45,562 nucleotides of DNA. Origin: Candidatus Dormibacteria bacterium. GTDB lineage: Bacteria; Chloroflexota; Dormibacteria; Aeolococcales; Aeolococcaceae. The translations under genes and the position numbers were made by a program. Numbering within the stretch: the first letter of the stretch is position 1; each line of letters opens with the position of its first letter. Where the stretch lies: the NCBI GenBank assembly GCA_046262435.1, contig JBHEMT010000036.1, positions 1-45,562 of the forward strand, given 5' to 3'. Below, piece after piece: positions 30,354-40,298 of the stretch. The notes below the pieces were generated by a model. That model made no database searches. It was given only the letters and a program-made list of their open reading frames with translations, and was not told the origin of the DNA.

Positions 30354-31055
30354 CTAGGTGCCGCGCAGGCGCAGGATGACGAGGTCGAGGAGCATCCTCG
30401 ACGCGTCACGGACGGAACTCACCCGGGACTCCTCGACGTGACGCCAGCGAACCGGGACCTCGGCGATGCGGATGCCGGCCCGGCGAGCCCTCACCAGCAC
30501 CTCGGCGTCGAACCCGAACCGCTCGGTGCGCAGGGGTTCAAAGGACGTCCTCGCCGCGGCGGCGGTGAAGAGTTTGAAGCCGCACTGGGAGTCGTGGATG
30601 TCGGGAAGGACCAGCAGACGGAGAAATACGTTGTAGATCCGGCCCATGGTCTCCCGGCGCCGGTTCTGGTGTACCTCGATGGTGGTGCCGGGGAGCGCTC
30701 GTGAGGCGATCGCCACGCCGTAGCCCGCGTCGATCCGGCTGCGCAGGAGACCGAGCTCCGCCATCGGCGTCGACAGGTCGGCATCGCTGAAGAGGCGGAG
30801 CTCACCGGTGGCGGCCAGCATGCCCGCACGGACGGCGGCGCCCTTGCCCCGGTTGACACTGAGTCTGATGACCCGAAGCTGCAGCCATGCCGCGGCGACC
30901 GACTCGGCAAGGGCGGCGGTGTCGTCGTGGCTGCCGTCGTCGACCACCAGCACCTCGTACTGGTCTGGTCCGGCGTCGAGATGCTCGCGGATGCGCGCCA
31001 GAGTCGGCGGTAGGCGCGCACTCTCGTTGTACGCCGGGATCACAACGCTGATCAT
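30354..31055 (-). CDS. GT2 glycosyltransferase, polyprenol-phosphate glucosyltransferase (Alg5/DPG synthase-like)
   Basis: SVVIPAYNE, VVDDGSHD, NRGKGAAVRAG, FSDADLS, DSQCGFKLF, FGFDAE. Confidence 0.9.
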   Translation of the reverse strand: MISVVIPAYNESARLPPTLARIREHLDAGPDQYEVLVVDDGSHDDTAALAESVAAAWLQLRVIRLSVNRGKGAAVRAGMLAATGELRLFSDADLSTPMAELGLLRSRIDAGYGVAIASRALPGTTIEVHQNRRRETMGRIYNVFLRLLVLPDIHDSQCGFKLFTAAAARTSFEPLRTERFGFDAEVLVRARRAGIRIAEVPVRWRHVEESRVSSVRDASRMLLDLVILRLRGT

Positions 31056-31777
31056 CGACGGCGTGCCTGACGTCGCTCCAGCCACCAGAACACCGGGAGC
31101 ACCGCCTGTCTGCGAACTCGCTGCGGCTGCCCGAACAGGCGCCAGGCCCACTCGAGCCCGGCGCGGCGCACGGCGCCCGGAGCGCGGCGCACCTCACCTG
31201 CGAGGAAGTCCAGCGACCCGCCCACCCCGATACCAACTGCAGCGCCCATGGCCGCCAGATTGGCGTCGAGCCACTGCTCCTGGCGCCCCGCACCATAGGC
31301 TGCGCAGACCACGTCGGGACGTGCCGCAGCGACCAGCGCGACGGTGTCCGGAACCGGGTCGCCGGCGTCCGCGACCACAACCTCAAGCCGCGGGGCCCGG
31401 CGTCGAAGGGCGGCTGCGGCCCGCGCGGCGACCCCGGGGCGCGCGCCGATCAGAGCCACGCGGTGGCCCCGTTCGGCGGCGACCACCGCGTAGTTCTCGA
31501 GCAGGTCGACCCCCGTCACCCGATCGGCATTCGGATGGCCGCGCCGGCGCAAGGCCTTGACCACCCCGATCCCATCGGGAAGGATCAGCACCGCTCGGCG
31601 CACCACCGCGGCAAAACCCGGATCGCGCCGATAGCGCATCACGAACTCGGGATTGAGGGTGACCACAAGCGCCGGCGGTGCGCCGCGGCGTCCCGCGTCA
31701 ACCAGCGCAGCCAGGCAATTCACCGCGGTCGCCATGCCCACCACATCGACCGGACAGCCCAGCACGCTGGCCCGCAC
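31052..31777 (-). CDS. WecB/TagA/CpsF (GT26) glycosyltransferase
   Basis: VVTLNPE, PDGIGV, RVTGVDL, GAGRQE, GVGGSLD, RAP..GLEWAWRL..QP.R..RQ. Confidence 0.92.
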   Translation of the reverse strand: MRASVLGCPVDVVGMATAVNCLAALVDAGRRGAPPALVVTLNPEFVMRYRRDPGFAAVVRRAVLILPDGIGVVKALRRRGHPNADRVTGVDLLENYAVVAAERGHRVALIGARPGVAARAAAALRRRAPRLEVVVADAGDPVPDTVALVAAARPDVVCAAYGAGRQEQWLDANLAAMGAAVGIGVGGSLDFLAGEVRRAPGAVRRAGLEWAWRLFGQPQRVRRQAVLPVFWWLERRQARRR

Positions 31778-31806
31778 CGGGTCAGGCGGGGCGAGCCGGT
31801 CGCCGC

Positions 31807-32211
31807 TCAGCGCTTGGTGTACTGGGGGGCCTTGCGCGCGCGCTTGAGGCCGTACTTCTTCCGCTCCTTCTCCCGCGGGTCACGGGTGAGCAGGCCGGCC
31901 TTCTTGAGCACCGGGCGGAGGTCGGGGTCGATGGCGATCAGGGCGCGGGCGATCCCGTGGCAGACCGCGCCGGCCTGTCCGGAGATGCCCCCACCCTCCA
32001 CCTTGATCGAGGCGACGAAGCGGCCCTGGCTATCGGTCGCCCGCAGCGGCTGGGTCACCACCTTCTCGAGATCGGACCGGCCGAAGTACTCCGACGGCGA
32101 GCGCCCGTTGATCACCAGCACGCCATCGCCGGGAAGCAGGCGAACGCGCGCCACGGCGGTCTTGCGGCGGCCGGTTGCGTAGGTGTACTGGGTGCTAGTT
32201 GCTGCTGCCAA
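31807..32211 (-). CDS. rpsI: 30S ribosomal protein S9
   Basis: [22 protein letters not shown]-terminal [19 protein letters not shown]. Confidence 0.97.
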   Translation of the reverse strand: MAAATSTQYTYATGRRKTAVARVRLLPGDGVLVINGRSPSEYFGRSDLEKVVTQPLRATDSQGRFVASIKVEGGGISGQAGAVCHGIARALIAIDPDLRPVLKKAGLLTRDPREKERKKYGLKRARKAPQYTKR

Positions 32212-32668
32212 CCTGAATCTCTCCGAGGGTGCCGAAGGTGATCAGCTTCGGGTTCTGAGCCGCGTGCTTGTGCTCGGCGCCAGGATAGACCCGCAGGCGC
32301 TTGAGCTGGTCGGCACCGAGGCTGTTGTGCTGAAGCATGCCGCGCACCGCGCGGGTGATCGGCGCGGTTGGCTGCCGGGCGATCATCTCGTCGAAGGTGC
32401 GGACTCTCCGACCGCCGGGATATCCCGAGTAGTTGTCGTAGGTCATATCCGTCCGCTTCTTGCCGGTCACCACCACATCGCGGGCGTTGATGACCACCAC
32501 ATGGTCACCGGTGTTGAGATGGGGAGTGAACTGGGGGCGATGCTTGCCCCGGAGCAACCGCGCGATGTTCACCGCAAGCCGGCCCAGGGTCTGACCGCGC
32601 GCGTCCACGACATACCAGTTCGAGGGCACCGCGCCGGCGGAGGGCTGGTAGGTCTTCTGGCTGTTCAT
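32195..32668 (-). CDS. rplM: 50S ribosomal protein L13
   Basis: [35 protein letters not shown]; ATG 32668 overlaps the truA stop. Confidence 0.96.
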   Translation of the reverse strand: MNSQKTYQPSAGAVPSNWYVVDARGQTLGRLAVNIARLLRGKHRPQFTPHLNTGDHVVVINARDVVVTGKKRTDMTYDNYSGYPGGRRVRTFDEMIARQPTAPITRAVRGMLQHNSLGADQLKRLRVYPGAEHKHAAQNPKLITFGTLGEIQVGSSN

Positions 32669-33462
32669 GGGTTCTCCGTGCTGTCCGGCTGCGCGATCGC
32701 CGCCGCGGGGTAGGACACTGACCACTGGTGCAGCCCGTGAGCCGGGGCGACAATCGGGCGGCCAACCTCCGCCGGGTTGCTGAGCAGAGTGGCGACCTGA
32801 TCCTCGGTCAGCTTGCCCTCACCCACGCTCACCAGGGCACCGGCGATGGTGCGCATCATGCCGTAGAGGAATGCATCGGCGCGCACATCGATGAGCAGAA
32901 CATCAGCTGCATCGGGCTGCATGCTGTGCAGCCGTCGCACCCGGACCTGATGAATGGTGCGCACCGTGCTGCCATTCAGGCGCGGTGCGCGGCCGAAGCC
33001 GGCAAAGTCGTGGCGGCCCTTGAGCAACCTGGCTGCCGCACACATCGCGCTCACGTCGAGTGGCCCGGATACCGACCAGACGTACTTTCTGGTCACCGCC
33101 GGGCGCGAGCGCCGAGCGGTCACCAGGTAGCGGTAGGTGCGGTCGACGGCGTCGAAACGGGCGTGGAAGGAGGGAGGCGCCACGGCGACCGCCCGCGCGG
33201 TGATGTCCCGCGGAAGCTGGGCGTCGAGCCCGAGGCGGAGGCGATCGGCGGCCCAGGATCGCTGCAGGGTGAGACCGATCACCTGACCGTGGGCGTGGGC
33301 GCCGGCGTCGGTGCGACCGGCGGCGCTCAGCTGGGGCCGCTCACCGGTGAGCCGCTCCAGGGCGCCGCGAACGGCTCCCTCGACAGTGGCCACCGAAGGT
33401 TGCCACTGCCAGCCGCTGTAGGCGGTGCCGTCGTACTCGAGCGTGACCCGGTAGGTGCTCAT
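32665..33462 (-). CDS. truA: tRNA pseudouridine(38-40) synthase TruA
   Basis: YDGTAYSGWQ, AGRTDAGAHA, FHARF, FLYGMMR, APAHGL. Confidence 0.95.
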   Translation of the reverse strand: MSTYRVTLEYDGTAYSGWQWQPSVATVEGAVRGALERLTGERPQLSAAGRTDAGAHAHGQVIGLTLQRSWAADRLRLGLDAQLPRDITARAVAVAPPSFHARFDAVDRTYRYLVTARRSRPAVTRKYVWSVSGPLDVSAMCAAARLLKGRHDFAGFGRAPRLNGSTVRTIHQVRVRRLHSMQPDAADVLLIDVRADAFLYGMMRTIAGALVSVGEGKLTEDQVATLLSNPAEVGRPIVAPAHGLHQWSVSYPAAAIAQPDSTENP

Positions 33463-33875
33463 GACGCCCCGCGGCGCCGCCTTGGACTCGCCGGGGCGGG
33501 AGGCGGAGTGGTGACCGGGTCGTCAGCGACCAGCTCGATGATCGCCATCGCCGCGCCGTCGCCATGTCGGGGGCCGAGCCGGTAGATCCGGGTGTAGCCA
33601 CCCGGGCGATTGCGGAAGCGCTCGACGTAGGTGCCGAAGAGGCGGGTCCGCGCCTCGCGGTCCTGGACCATGTTCGCGACCCGGCGGTGGGCATGGACGT
33701 CGGCGGGCTTGGCGTCGGTGATCACCCGCTCCACCCAGCGGCGGAGCTCCTTGGCCTTGGCCTCCGTGGTGGTGATGCGGCCGTGACGGAGCAGGGCTCC
33801 GATTTGGGTGCGCGTCAGCGCGATCCGCTGGTCGGAGGTGCGGCCGAACTTGCGGCCTGCCTTGCGATGACGCAT
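33459..33875 (-). CDS. rplQ: 50S ribosomal protein L17
   Basis: MRHRKAGRKFGR, ITTTEAKAKE, RPGGYTRI, GDGAAMAIIELV. Confidence 0.97.
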   Translation of the reverse strand: MRHRKAGRKFGRTSDQRIALTRTQIGALLRHGRITTTEAKAKELRRWVERVITDAKPADVHAHRRVANMVQDREARTRLFGTYVERFRNRPGGYTRIYRLGPRHGDGAAMAIIELVADDPVTTPPPAPASPRRRRGAS

Positions 33876-33894
33876 GGTGTTCCTGTCCTGCCCC

Positions 33895-34866
33895 TTACGG
33901 GCGAGCCGGCTGGAAGAGCGTCTCGAGCTCTTCCGCGGTCACGAGGTTGCGCTCCAGCAGCTTCTCGCGAATCTCGTCGAGCGACTTGGCGCCAAAGTTG
34001 CGCAGGGTGAGCAGCTCCTCCTGCTTCATCGCCACCAGCTGCCCGACCTTGGTCACGTCATTGGCCTTGAGGCAGTTGAGGGCGCGGACCGAGAGCTCGA
34101 GGTCCTCCACAGGGGTGTCCGCAAGCCGGCTCGGGATGTCGTTGCCGCGCTTGGGCTGCTGCACCGGGGCGGCGAGGTTGTCACCGAAGCGCACAAAAAG
34201 GTCGAGATGCTGGGTGAACAGACTGGCGGCGCGGCTGACCGCCTCGACCGGCTCCACGGTGCCGTCGGTCCAGACCTCGACGAGCAGTTTGTCCCACTCC
34301 GTCTCCTGCCCGACGCGAGTCTTCTCCACCGAGAAGTTGGCCTTGCGAACCGGAGTGAAGATGGCGTCGATGGGAATCTGCCCGATCGGCTGACCCTCGC
34401 GCTTGTTGCGGTCGGCGGTGACGTAGCCCTTCCCCTGCTCAACCGTCAACTCCATGCGAATCGATGCCTTGGCACCGTCGAGGGTGCAGATATGCAGGTC
34501 GGGGTTGCGCACCTCGACGTCGCTGGGGCACTCGATGTCGGCCGCGGTCACCTCGCGCGCCCCGCGCACCTCGAGGGTGCAGCGCACCGGCTCCGAGCTG
34601 TGGCAGACCACGTTGAGACCCTTGATGTTGAGCAGAATCTCGGTCACGTCCTCCTTGACGTGCTCGATGGTCGAGAACTCGTGACTGACCCCGTCAATCG
34701 ACACCGAGGTGACGGCTGCCCCGGGCAGCGAGGATAGGAGCACCCGCCGCAGCGAGTTGCCCAGGGTCACGCCGAAACCGGGCTCGAGGGGCTCGATCTC
34801 GAACTTGCCGTAGTCCTGAGAGGTCTCGACCTCGCGAACGGCTGGAGTGTGGGAAATATCGACCAT
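33895..34866 (-). CDS. rpoA: RNA polymerase alpha subunit
   Basis: EPLEPGFGVTLGNSLRRVLLSS, HEFSTI..VKEDV, LELSVRALNCLK, NFGAKSL. Confidence 0.98.
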   Translation of the reverse strand: MVDISHTPAVREVETSQDYGKFEIEPLEPGFGVTLGNSLRRVLLSSLPGAAVTSVSIDGVSHEFSTIEHVKEDVTEILLNIKGLNVVCHSSEPVRCTLEVRGAREVTAADIECPSDVEVRNPDLHICTLDGAKASIRMELTVEQGKGYVTADRNKREGQPIGQIPIDAIFTPVRKANFSVEKTRVGQETEWDKLLVEVWTDGTVEPVEAVSRAASLFTQHLDLFVRFGDNLAAPVQQPKRGNDIPSRLADTPVEDLELSVRALNCLKANDVTKVGQLVAMKQEELLTLRNFGAKSLDEIREKLLERNLVTAEELETLFQPARP

Positions 34867-34962
34867 GGGTGGAAACGCCTCTCTTCAAGGAAGTCGCGCG
34901 TCCGCGGCAGGGGTCTGGGCTGGGTGTGGGGCCGGTGCGCCGTCGCGCGCCTCGCGAAAAAA

Positions 34963-35592
34963 CTAGCGGCTGTAGTACTCGACGATCAGCTGCTCGTCGA
35001 TGATCAACTCCATCTCGGTGCGCTCTGGAAGGCGGACAACGGTGCCGGTGAGGGCCGACCCGTCGAGAAGCAGCCAGTCCGGAACCGCCCGCTGGGCAAC
35101 CAGCTCCTGCGACTGCTCGATCTTGTCGAGCTTGCGGGAACGCTCGCGCACGCCCACCACGTCACCTGGGCGCAGCTGGGCTGAGGGGACGTTCTGCGTG
35201 CGACCGTTGACGGTGAAATGGCGCTGGGTAATCAGGATCCGGGCCTCGCGCCTGGAGTGCGCCAATCCGAGCCGGTAGACAATGTTGTCGAGACGCCGCT
35301 CCAGCTGTTGCAGCATCACCGTGCCGGTGACCCCGGTCGACCGCTCGGCCTTCTCAAAGTAGTGCCGGAACTGCACCTCGAGCACGCCGTAGATCCGTCG
35401 AGCGCGCTGCTTGGCGCGCAGCTGGAGCCCGAAGTCGGACACCTTGCGGCGACGGGCAAGACCGTGCATGCCGGGGATCACACCGTTCCGCCGGTCGAAG
35501 GTGCAGTTGGTCAGGCACTTTTCGCCCTTGAGGTAGAGCTTGGCGCCTTCCCGCCGGCAGAGCCGGCAACGGGGTCCGTGTTGGTTGGCCAT
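34963..35592 (-). CDS. rpsD: 30S ribosomal protein S4 (zinc-binding Cys form)
   Basis: CRLCRREG.KLYLKGEKC...C, LERRLDNIVYRLG, EQLIVEYYSR. Confidence 0.97.
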   Translation of the reverse strand: MANQHGPRCRLCRREGAKLYLKGEKCLTNCTFDRRNGVIPGMHGLARRRKVSDFGLQLRAKQRARRIYGVLEVQFRHYFEKAERSTGVTGTVMLQQLERRLDNIVYRLGLAHSRREARILITQRHFTVNGRTQNVPSAQLRPGDVVGVRERSRKLDKIEQSQELVAQRAVPDWLLLDGSALTGTVVRLPERTEMELIIDEQLIVEYYSR

Positions 35593-35611
35593 GTGTGTGT
35601 GTGCTGCTCCG

Positions 35612-36007
35612 CTAGACCCGACGCCGCTTGGGCGGTCGGCAGCCGTTGTGGGCAATGGGGGTGATGTCGGTGATCGCGGTCACCTCCAGGCCGCTGGCCT
35701 GAATCGAGCGAATGGCGGCCTCGCGCCCGGAGCCAGGGCCCTTGACGAACACCTCAACCTGCTTGAGACCGTGCTCCATGGCGCGGCGGGCCGCGGTCTC
35801 GGCAGTGGTCTGGGCCGCGAAGGGGGTGCTCTTGCGCGAGCCCTTGAACCCCTGGGCGCCTGCCGATCCCCAGGCGATCACGTTGCCCTGGGGGTCGGTG
35901 AGGCTGACGATGGTGTTGTTGAACGTCGCCAGGATGTGGGCGTGTCCAACCGTGATGTTCTTCTTCTCCCGCCGCCGGGTGCGGACGACCTTCTTCTTCT
36001 TAGCCAC
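35612..36007 (-). CDS. rpsK: 30S ribosomal protein S11
   Basis: [36 protein letters not shown]. Confidence 0.98.
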   Translation of the reverse strand: MAKKKKVVRTRRREKKNITVGHAHILATFNNTIVSLTDPQGNVIAWGSAGAQGFKGSRKSTPFAAQTTAETAARRAMEHGLKQVEVFVKGPGSGREAAIRSIQASGLEVTAITDITPIAHNGCRPPKRRRV

Positions 36008-36019
36008 GTCTCTTACCTG

Positions 36020-36400
36020 CTACTTCTTCTTGCGCTTGGCGGCGATCGTCTTCTTGGGTCCGCGCCGGGTGCGCGCGTTGGTCCGGGTGCGCTGGCCGCG
36101 CACGGGAAGACCGCGCCGGTGGCGCAGTCCACGGTAGGTGCCGATCTCCATCAGTCGCTTGATATTGAGCGCGATCTGACGGCGCAGGTCGCCCTCGACC
36201 CGGCCCTGCAGCTGCTTGGCGATGATGTCGCGCAGCCGGCCCACCTGGGCGTCGGTGAGGTCGCGGGTGCGCAACTCGGGGGAGATGCCGGCCAGGGTGA
36301 GCAGGCGTCTGGCCGTCGTCGGTCCGATCCCAAAGATGTAGGTCAACGAGATCTCGATGTGCTTGTCACGGGGAACGTCGACCCCGGCGATACGTGCCAC
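36020..36400 (-). CDS. rpsM: 30S ribosomal protein S13
   Basis: [34 protein letters not shown]. Confidence 0.98.
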   Translation of the reverse strand: MARIAGVDVPRDKHIEISLTYIFGIGPTTARRLLTLAGISPELRTRDLTDAQVGRLRDIIAKQLQGRVEGDLRRQIALNIKRLMEIGTYRGLRHRRGLPVRGQRTRTNARTRRGPKKTIAAKRKKK

Positions 36401-36409
36401 CTGGCTCCC

Positions 36410-36523
36410 TTATCCCTGCCGCTGCTTGTGCTTCGGGTTCTCGCAGATCACGCGCACGGCGCCGTGGCGCTTGATCACCTTGCAGCGCTCACAGATCTTC
36501 TTCACCGAAGCCCGAACCTTCAT
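36410..36523 (-). CDS. rpmJ: 50S ribosomal protein L36 (37 aa, absent from the ORF track)
   Basis: Manual translation [37 protein letters not shown]. Confidence 0.97.
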   Translation of the reverse strand: MKVRASVKKICERCKVIKRHGAVRVICENPKHKQRQG

Positions 36524-36546
36524 CTCGTCCTGTCGTCCCTGGTGCC

Positions 36547-36762
36547 TTAGGCAAGTCGCTGAAGGATCCGCCCCCGACCGGGATCGGCCGTGGACAGCTC
36601 CACGGAGACCCGGTCACCCGGGAGGATGCGGACCGCCTGGAGGCGCGCCTTCCCTGCCGGGTGGGCAAGAACCTTGTGGCCGTTGTCGAGCTCGACCCGG
36701 TAGAGCGCATTGGGAAGGGGCTCGATGACCCTCCCGATCAGCGGCTCATTGCTCCCGCTCAT
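36547..36762 (-). CDS. infA: Translation initiation factor IF-1 (divergent)
   Basis: [35 protein letters not shown]; canonical map-infA-rpmJ position; start ATG 36762 or GTG 36795. Confidence 0.88.
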   Translation of the reverse strand: MSGSNEPLIGRVIEPLPNALYRVELDNGHKVLAHPAGKARLQAVRILPGDRVSVELSTADPGRGRILQRLA

Positions 36763-36803
36763 CGGGCGCGCCGAATCTGCCCGGCGGGCAGCCACAAAGA
36801 AGA

Positions 36804-36809
36804 AGTATA
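36804..36809 (-). promoter_or_regulatory. Putative internal -10 (TATACT) for infA-rpmJ-alpha operon
   Basis: TATACT followed by a pyrimidine tract in the map-infA gap. Confidence 0.5.
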
Positions 36810-36864
36810 CCCGCTGGCGATCGGTGACCGCCGCGGCGGCCAGCCCGGTCGCCGGCTCCCCGGG

Positions 36865-37653
36865 TCAGGGCCGCTCATCGGGCTCCCCCGGCCGGGTGGT
36901 CAGCACCCGGGGACCGGCCTCGGTCACGGCCACGGTGTGCTCGAAGTAGCAGGCCAGCTTGCCGTCGTCAGTGGCGACCGTCCACTCGTCGGCGAGCACG
37001 TGGACCTCGTGGCTCCCAGTGCAGACCATTGGCTCGATCGCCAGGACGTAGCCCGCTTTGAGCTGGTTGCCGGTGCCCGGGGCCCCATAGTTGGGTACCT
37101 GGGGAGGCTCGTGCATGTCGCGGCCGATTCCATGGCCGACGTAGTTGCGGACCACCGAGTACCCCTGGCCCTCAACGAATGTCTGGACGGCATGGCCGAT
37201 GTCGCCGATGTGCCGTCCCGGCCGGGCCTGCTCGATCCCCAGGCGCAGCGCCTCCCGCGTGACCTCGACCAGCCGGGTGGTTTGCGGGGTGCGGGTGCCG
37301 GCTATCACGCTGCAGCCTGAGTCGGCCCACCAACCGTCGAGGATCAGTCCACAGTCGAGGGAGACAATGTCCCCGTCCTCGATCAGGCGAGGGCCGGGAA
37401 TGCCGTGGACCACCTCGTCGTTGACCGAGATGCAGATCGACTTGGGGAAGCCTCCGTAGCCGATGAAACCGGGCACGCAGCCGTGGTCGCGAATGAAGGT
37501 CTCCGCCTCACGGTCGATGTCGTCGGTGGTGATCCCGGGGCGGGTCAGGTCACGGAGGTGGCCGAGACACTCGCCGAGGATGCGCCCCGAGACGGTCATC
37601 TTCTCGACGTCGGCCGGCTTCTTCAGCCGGAACGCCTCCACCCTGGTGGCCAT
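36865..37653 (-). CDS. map: Type I methionine aminopeptidase
   Basis: CISVNDEVVHGIP, GDIVSLD, D, GHGIGRDMHEPP, AIEPM, FEHTVAVT. Confidence 0.97.
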   Translation of the reverse strand: MATRVEAFRLKKPADVEKMTVSGRILGECLGHLRDLTRPGITTDDIDREAETFIRDHGCVPGFIGYGGFPKSICISVNDEVVHGIPGPRLIEDGDIVSLDCGLILDGWWADSGCSVIAGTRTPQTTRLVEVTREALRLGIEQARPGRHIGDIGHAVQTFVEGQGYSVVRNYVGHGIGRDMHEPPQVPNYGAPGTGNQLKAGYVLAIEPMVCTGSHEVHVLADEWTVATDDGKLACYFEHTVAVTEAGPRVLTTRPGEPDERP

Positions 37654-38237
37654 CAGGCGACCGGCGCCGGTGGCTCGCTGAGCACCACGTCGATGCGCTC
37701 GCTCACCTCCTCGATGGTCCCATCACCGTCCAGGTGCTCGACCCGGGTACCGCGCTTGGCGTAGTAGTCCAGGACCGGAAAGGTCTCGGCGTCGTAGACC
37801 GCCAGTCGTGAGGTGACCGTGGCCAGGCTGTCATCCTTGCGACCGTCGATCTCGGCGCGGCGCTTGAGCCTGGCGAACACCTTGTCCTCGGGCACCAGCA
37901 GGTGGAGCACGATGTCCACCGGCATGTGCCGTTGCTCGAGCACCTCGTCGAGGGCGCGTGCCTGCTCAACAGTGCGGGGAAAACCGTCGAGCAGCACCCC
38001 CTGGGCGGCGTCGTCCGCCTCCAGCCGGCTGACGATCACCTTGAGCATGAGGTCGTCCGAGACCAGGCCGCCGTGCTCCATGATCGGCTGCACCTCGCGT
38101 CCCAGCTCAGTGCCCTGGGTCACCTCGCGGCGCAGCATGTCGCCGGTACCGACGTGGAGCAGCCCAAAGCGCTCGCTGACGTGCGCGGCCTGGGTGCCCT
38201 TGCCGCTTCCGGGCCGGCCGAAGAGGACGGCGATCAT
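37653..38237 (-). CDS. adk: Adenylate kinase (short LID type)
   Basis: GRPGSGKGTQA, TGDMLR, LLDGFPRT, GRKDD. Confidence 0.96.
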   Translation of the reverse strand: MIAVLFGRPGSGKGTQAAHVSERFGLLHVGTGDMLRREVTQGTELGREVQPIMEHGGLVSDDLMLKVIVSRLEADDAAQGVLLDGFPRTVEQARALDEVLEQRHMPVDIVLHLLVPEDKVFARLKRRAEIDGRKDDSLATVTSRLAVYDAETFPVLDYYAKRGTRVEHLDGDGTIEEVSERIDVVLSEPPAPVA

Positions 38238-39550
38238 CGGATGAAGCCGCGGTACTGCCGCATCATCAGCTGAGTCTCGATCTGCTTCATGGTGTCAAGC
38301 GCCACGCCGACGACGATCAGGATCGCAGTGCCGCCCAGGTAGAGCTGGCTCGCTGAGGTGCCGGTGACCTTGGCGGTGACCAGGGGCAGGACCACGGTGA
38401 TCACCGCCAGGAAGAGCGCGCCTGCCAGGGTGATTCTCCCCATCACCCGGCCGAGGTACTGAGCGGTACTCGGCCCGGGCCTGATCCCGGGGATGAAGGT
38501 CGACTGCTTCTTGAGGTTGTCGGCAACATCGTTCGGGTCGAACACGACGGACGTGTAGAAGTAGGTGAAGCCGAGGATGAGCACGAAGTAGAGGACGTTG
38601 TAGAGGAGGTCGGGCGCGAGGCTGGGACCGTTGGGCTGCCAGTTGCTGGTGATCCAGCGTGCCGCGTTGCCGACCACGCCCCCAGTGGTCGAGAAGAAGT
38701 TGGCGAAGATTTGCGGGAAGGCCATGATCGACAGTGCGAAGATGATCGGGATGACCCCAGCGGTGTTGACCCGCAACGGAAGCGTGTTGCGCCGCCCCTG
38801 CGTGGCCAGGCCCGACCGCGGATTCAGCACCCGTTGTGCCGACTGCACCGGGATCTTCCGCTGCGCCTGCTGCACGTAGATGATGCCCGCGGTCACCGCG
38901 ACAGCGATCAGGGCAAAGACGAGGGCGCCGATGATCCTGCCCCCGCCACCCCCCTGAACGTACGAGAGTGCGGCGCCTGGCAGGCGGCCGATGATGCCAG
39001 CAAAGATGATCAGCGACACCCCGTTGCTCACCCCGTACTCGGTGATCAGCTCGCCCAGCCACATCAGCCCGATCGTCCCCGCGGCGAGGACCACCATGAT
39101 GGTGAGCACCGAGCCCGTTGTCGGGGTGGTGAGGATCTGACGGCTCTCGAGCAGCTTGGTCAGGCCGTACGCCTGGACCGCGGCGAGGGGAACGGTCAGC
39201 CACCGGGTGTAGCGGTTGATCTTCTTGCGGCCCTGCTCCCCCTCCTTGCTGACCTCCTTGAGGCGCGTGGAGACCACGGTCATCAGCTGCATGATGATCG
39301 TGGCGTTGATGTAGGGGTTGAGACCTTCGGCGACAATCGAGAAGTTGGAGAGGCCGCCGCCGCTGAACAGGTTGAGCAGATTGAGGAGGCTGTTCGATGC
39401 GAACAGATCGTGCAGCTTCACCGGGTCGGTCCCGGGGATGGGGACGCTGGCAAAGATGCGGAAGATCAGCAGCAAGCCGACGGTGAAGAGCAGCTTCTTG
39501 CGCAGCTCCGGGATGCGCATCGCCTTGCCGAGCGCCTCCAGCAGGTTCAC
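38234..39550 (-). CDS. secY: Preprotein translocase subunit SecY
   Basis: FSGG, PYINATII, WLGELITEYGVSNGVSLIIF, AGVIPIIFA, FIPGIRPG, GGTAILIVVGV. Confidence 0.98.
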   Translation of the reverse strand: MNLLEALGKAMRIPELRKKLLFTVGLLLIFRIFASVPIPGTDPVKLHDLFASNSLLNLLNLFSGGGLSNFSIVAEGLNPYINATIIMQLMTVVSTRLKEVSKEGEQGRKKINRYTRWLTVPLAAVQAYGLTKLLESRQILTTPTTGSVLTIMVVLAAGTIGLMWLGELITEYGVSNGVSLIIFAGIIGRLPGAALSYVQGGGGGRIIGALVFALIAVAVTAGIIYVQQAQRKIPVQSAQRVLNPRSGLATQGRRNTLPLRVNTAGVIPIIFALSIMAFPQIFANFFSTTGGVVGNAARWITSNWQPNGPSLAPDLLYNVLYFVLILGFTYFYTSVVFDPNDVADNLKKQSTFIPGIRPGPSTAQYLGRVMGRITLAGALFLAVITVVLPLVTAKVTGTSASQLYLGGTAILIVVGVALDTMKQIETQLMMRQYRGFIR

Positions 39551-40053
39551 TCGGTGGTCTCCGTCCCCCCGGCGCTGATGCCGGCTGCACCAGCGGCCAC
39601 CGGCGCACCGGTCTCGAGTAGTTCCACGCTGCCGCCCGCGGCCTCGACGGCGCTCCGCGCAGCAGCGGAAATGCGGTGGACCCGAACCGTCAGCCGCACC
39701 TTGAGCGCGCCCGAGCCGAGGATCTTCACCCCGTGGTCTCCGGAGCCGACCAGGCGGGCTGCTTTGAGTACGTCGACATCAACGGTGCTGCCCGCCTCGA
39801 AGCGATTGAGCTTGCCCAGGTTGACCGAGGCGTACTGCTTGCGGAAGCGGTTGTGAAACCCGCGCAGCTTGGGCAGCCGCTGCGCCAGCGGCATCTGACC
39901 TCCCTCGAAACCAACGGGAAGGTGCGAGGTACGCGCGAACTGGCCCTTCTGGCCCTTGCCGCAGGTCTTGCCCTGGCCCTGGCTGATTCCCCGGCCCAGC
40001 CGTCGGCGTTGCCTGCGGCTGCCCGCGGGGGCGGAGAGCTCGTGCAACTTCAC
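39547..40053 (-). CDS. rplO: 50S ribosomal protein L15
   Basis: GRG...G.GKTCGKGQKGQ, GFEGGQMPL..RLPK.RGF, VKILGSG. Confidence 0.97.
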   Translation of the reverse strand: MKLHELSAPAGSRRQRRRLGRGISQGQGKTCGKGQKGQFARTSHLPVGFEGGQMPLAQRLPKLRGFHNRFRKQYASVNLGKLNRFEAGSTVDVDVLKAARLVGSGDHGVKILGSGALKVRLTVRVHRISAAARSAVEAAGGSVELLETGAPVAAGAAGISAGGTETTE

Positions 40054-40298
40054 TTGGTCTCCTTTCCGGTGCGCGACGCGGTGGAGTCGGCGAGCACGCG
40101 CATCCCCTCGGGGCTGTCGGCGGCAATGCCGTCGACGCTCACCAGGTGGCGCACCTTGTGAACCATCCCGCGGATCGCGTCCGAGGGCTCATGAACCACG
40201 GTGTGGTTCAGCTTCTTGAGGCCGAGCGCGGCCAGGGTTGCCTTCTGGTCCCTCGCGTAGCCGATGGAGCTCTTCCGATAGGTCACTCGAATGCTCAT
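40050..40298 (-). CDS. rpmD: 50S ribosomal protein L30 (with C-terminal extension)
   Basis: IRVT..KSSIG...[23 protein letters not shown]. Confidence 0.95.
   Translation of the reverse strand: MSIRVTYRKSSIGYARDQKATLAALGLKKLNHTVVHEPSDAIRGMVHKVRHLVSVDGIAADSPEGMRVLADSTASRTGKETK

Noticed and set aside
34867-34962. T6 tract after rpsD and 96-bp rpsD-rpoA gap as terminator or ncRNA
   Set aside because: No convincing hairpin precedes the T-run and I found no stable fold by eye
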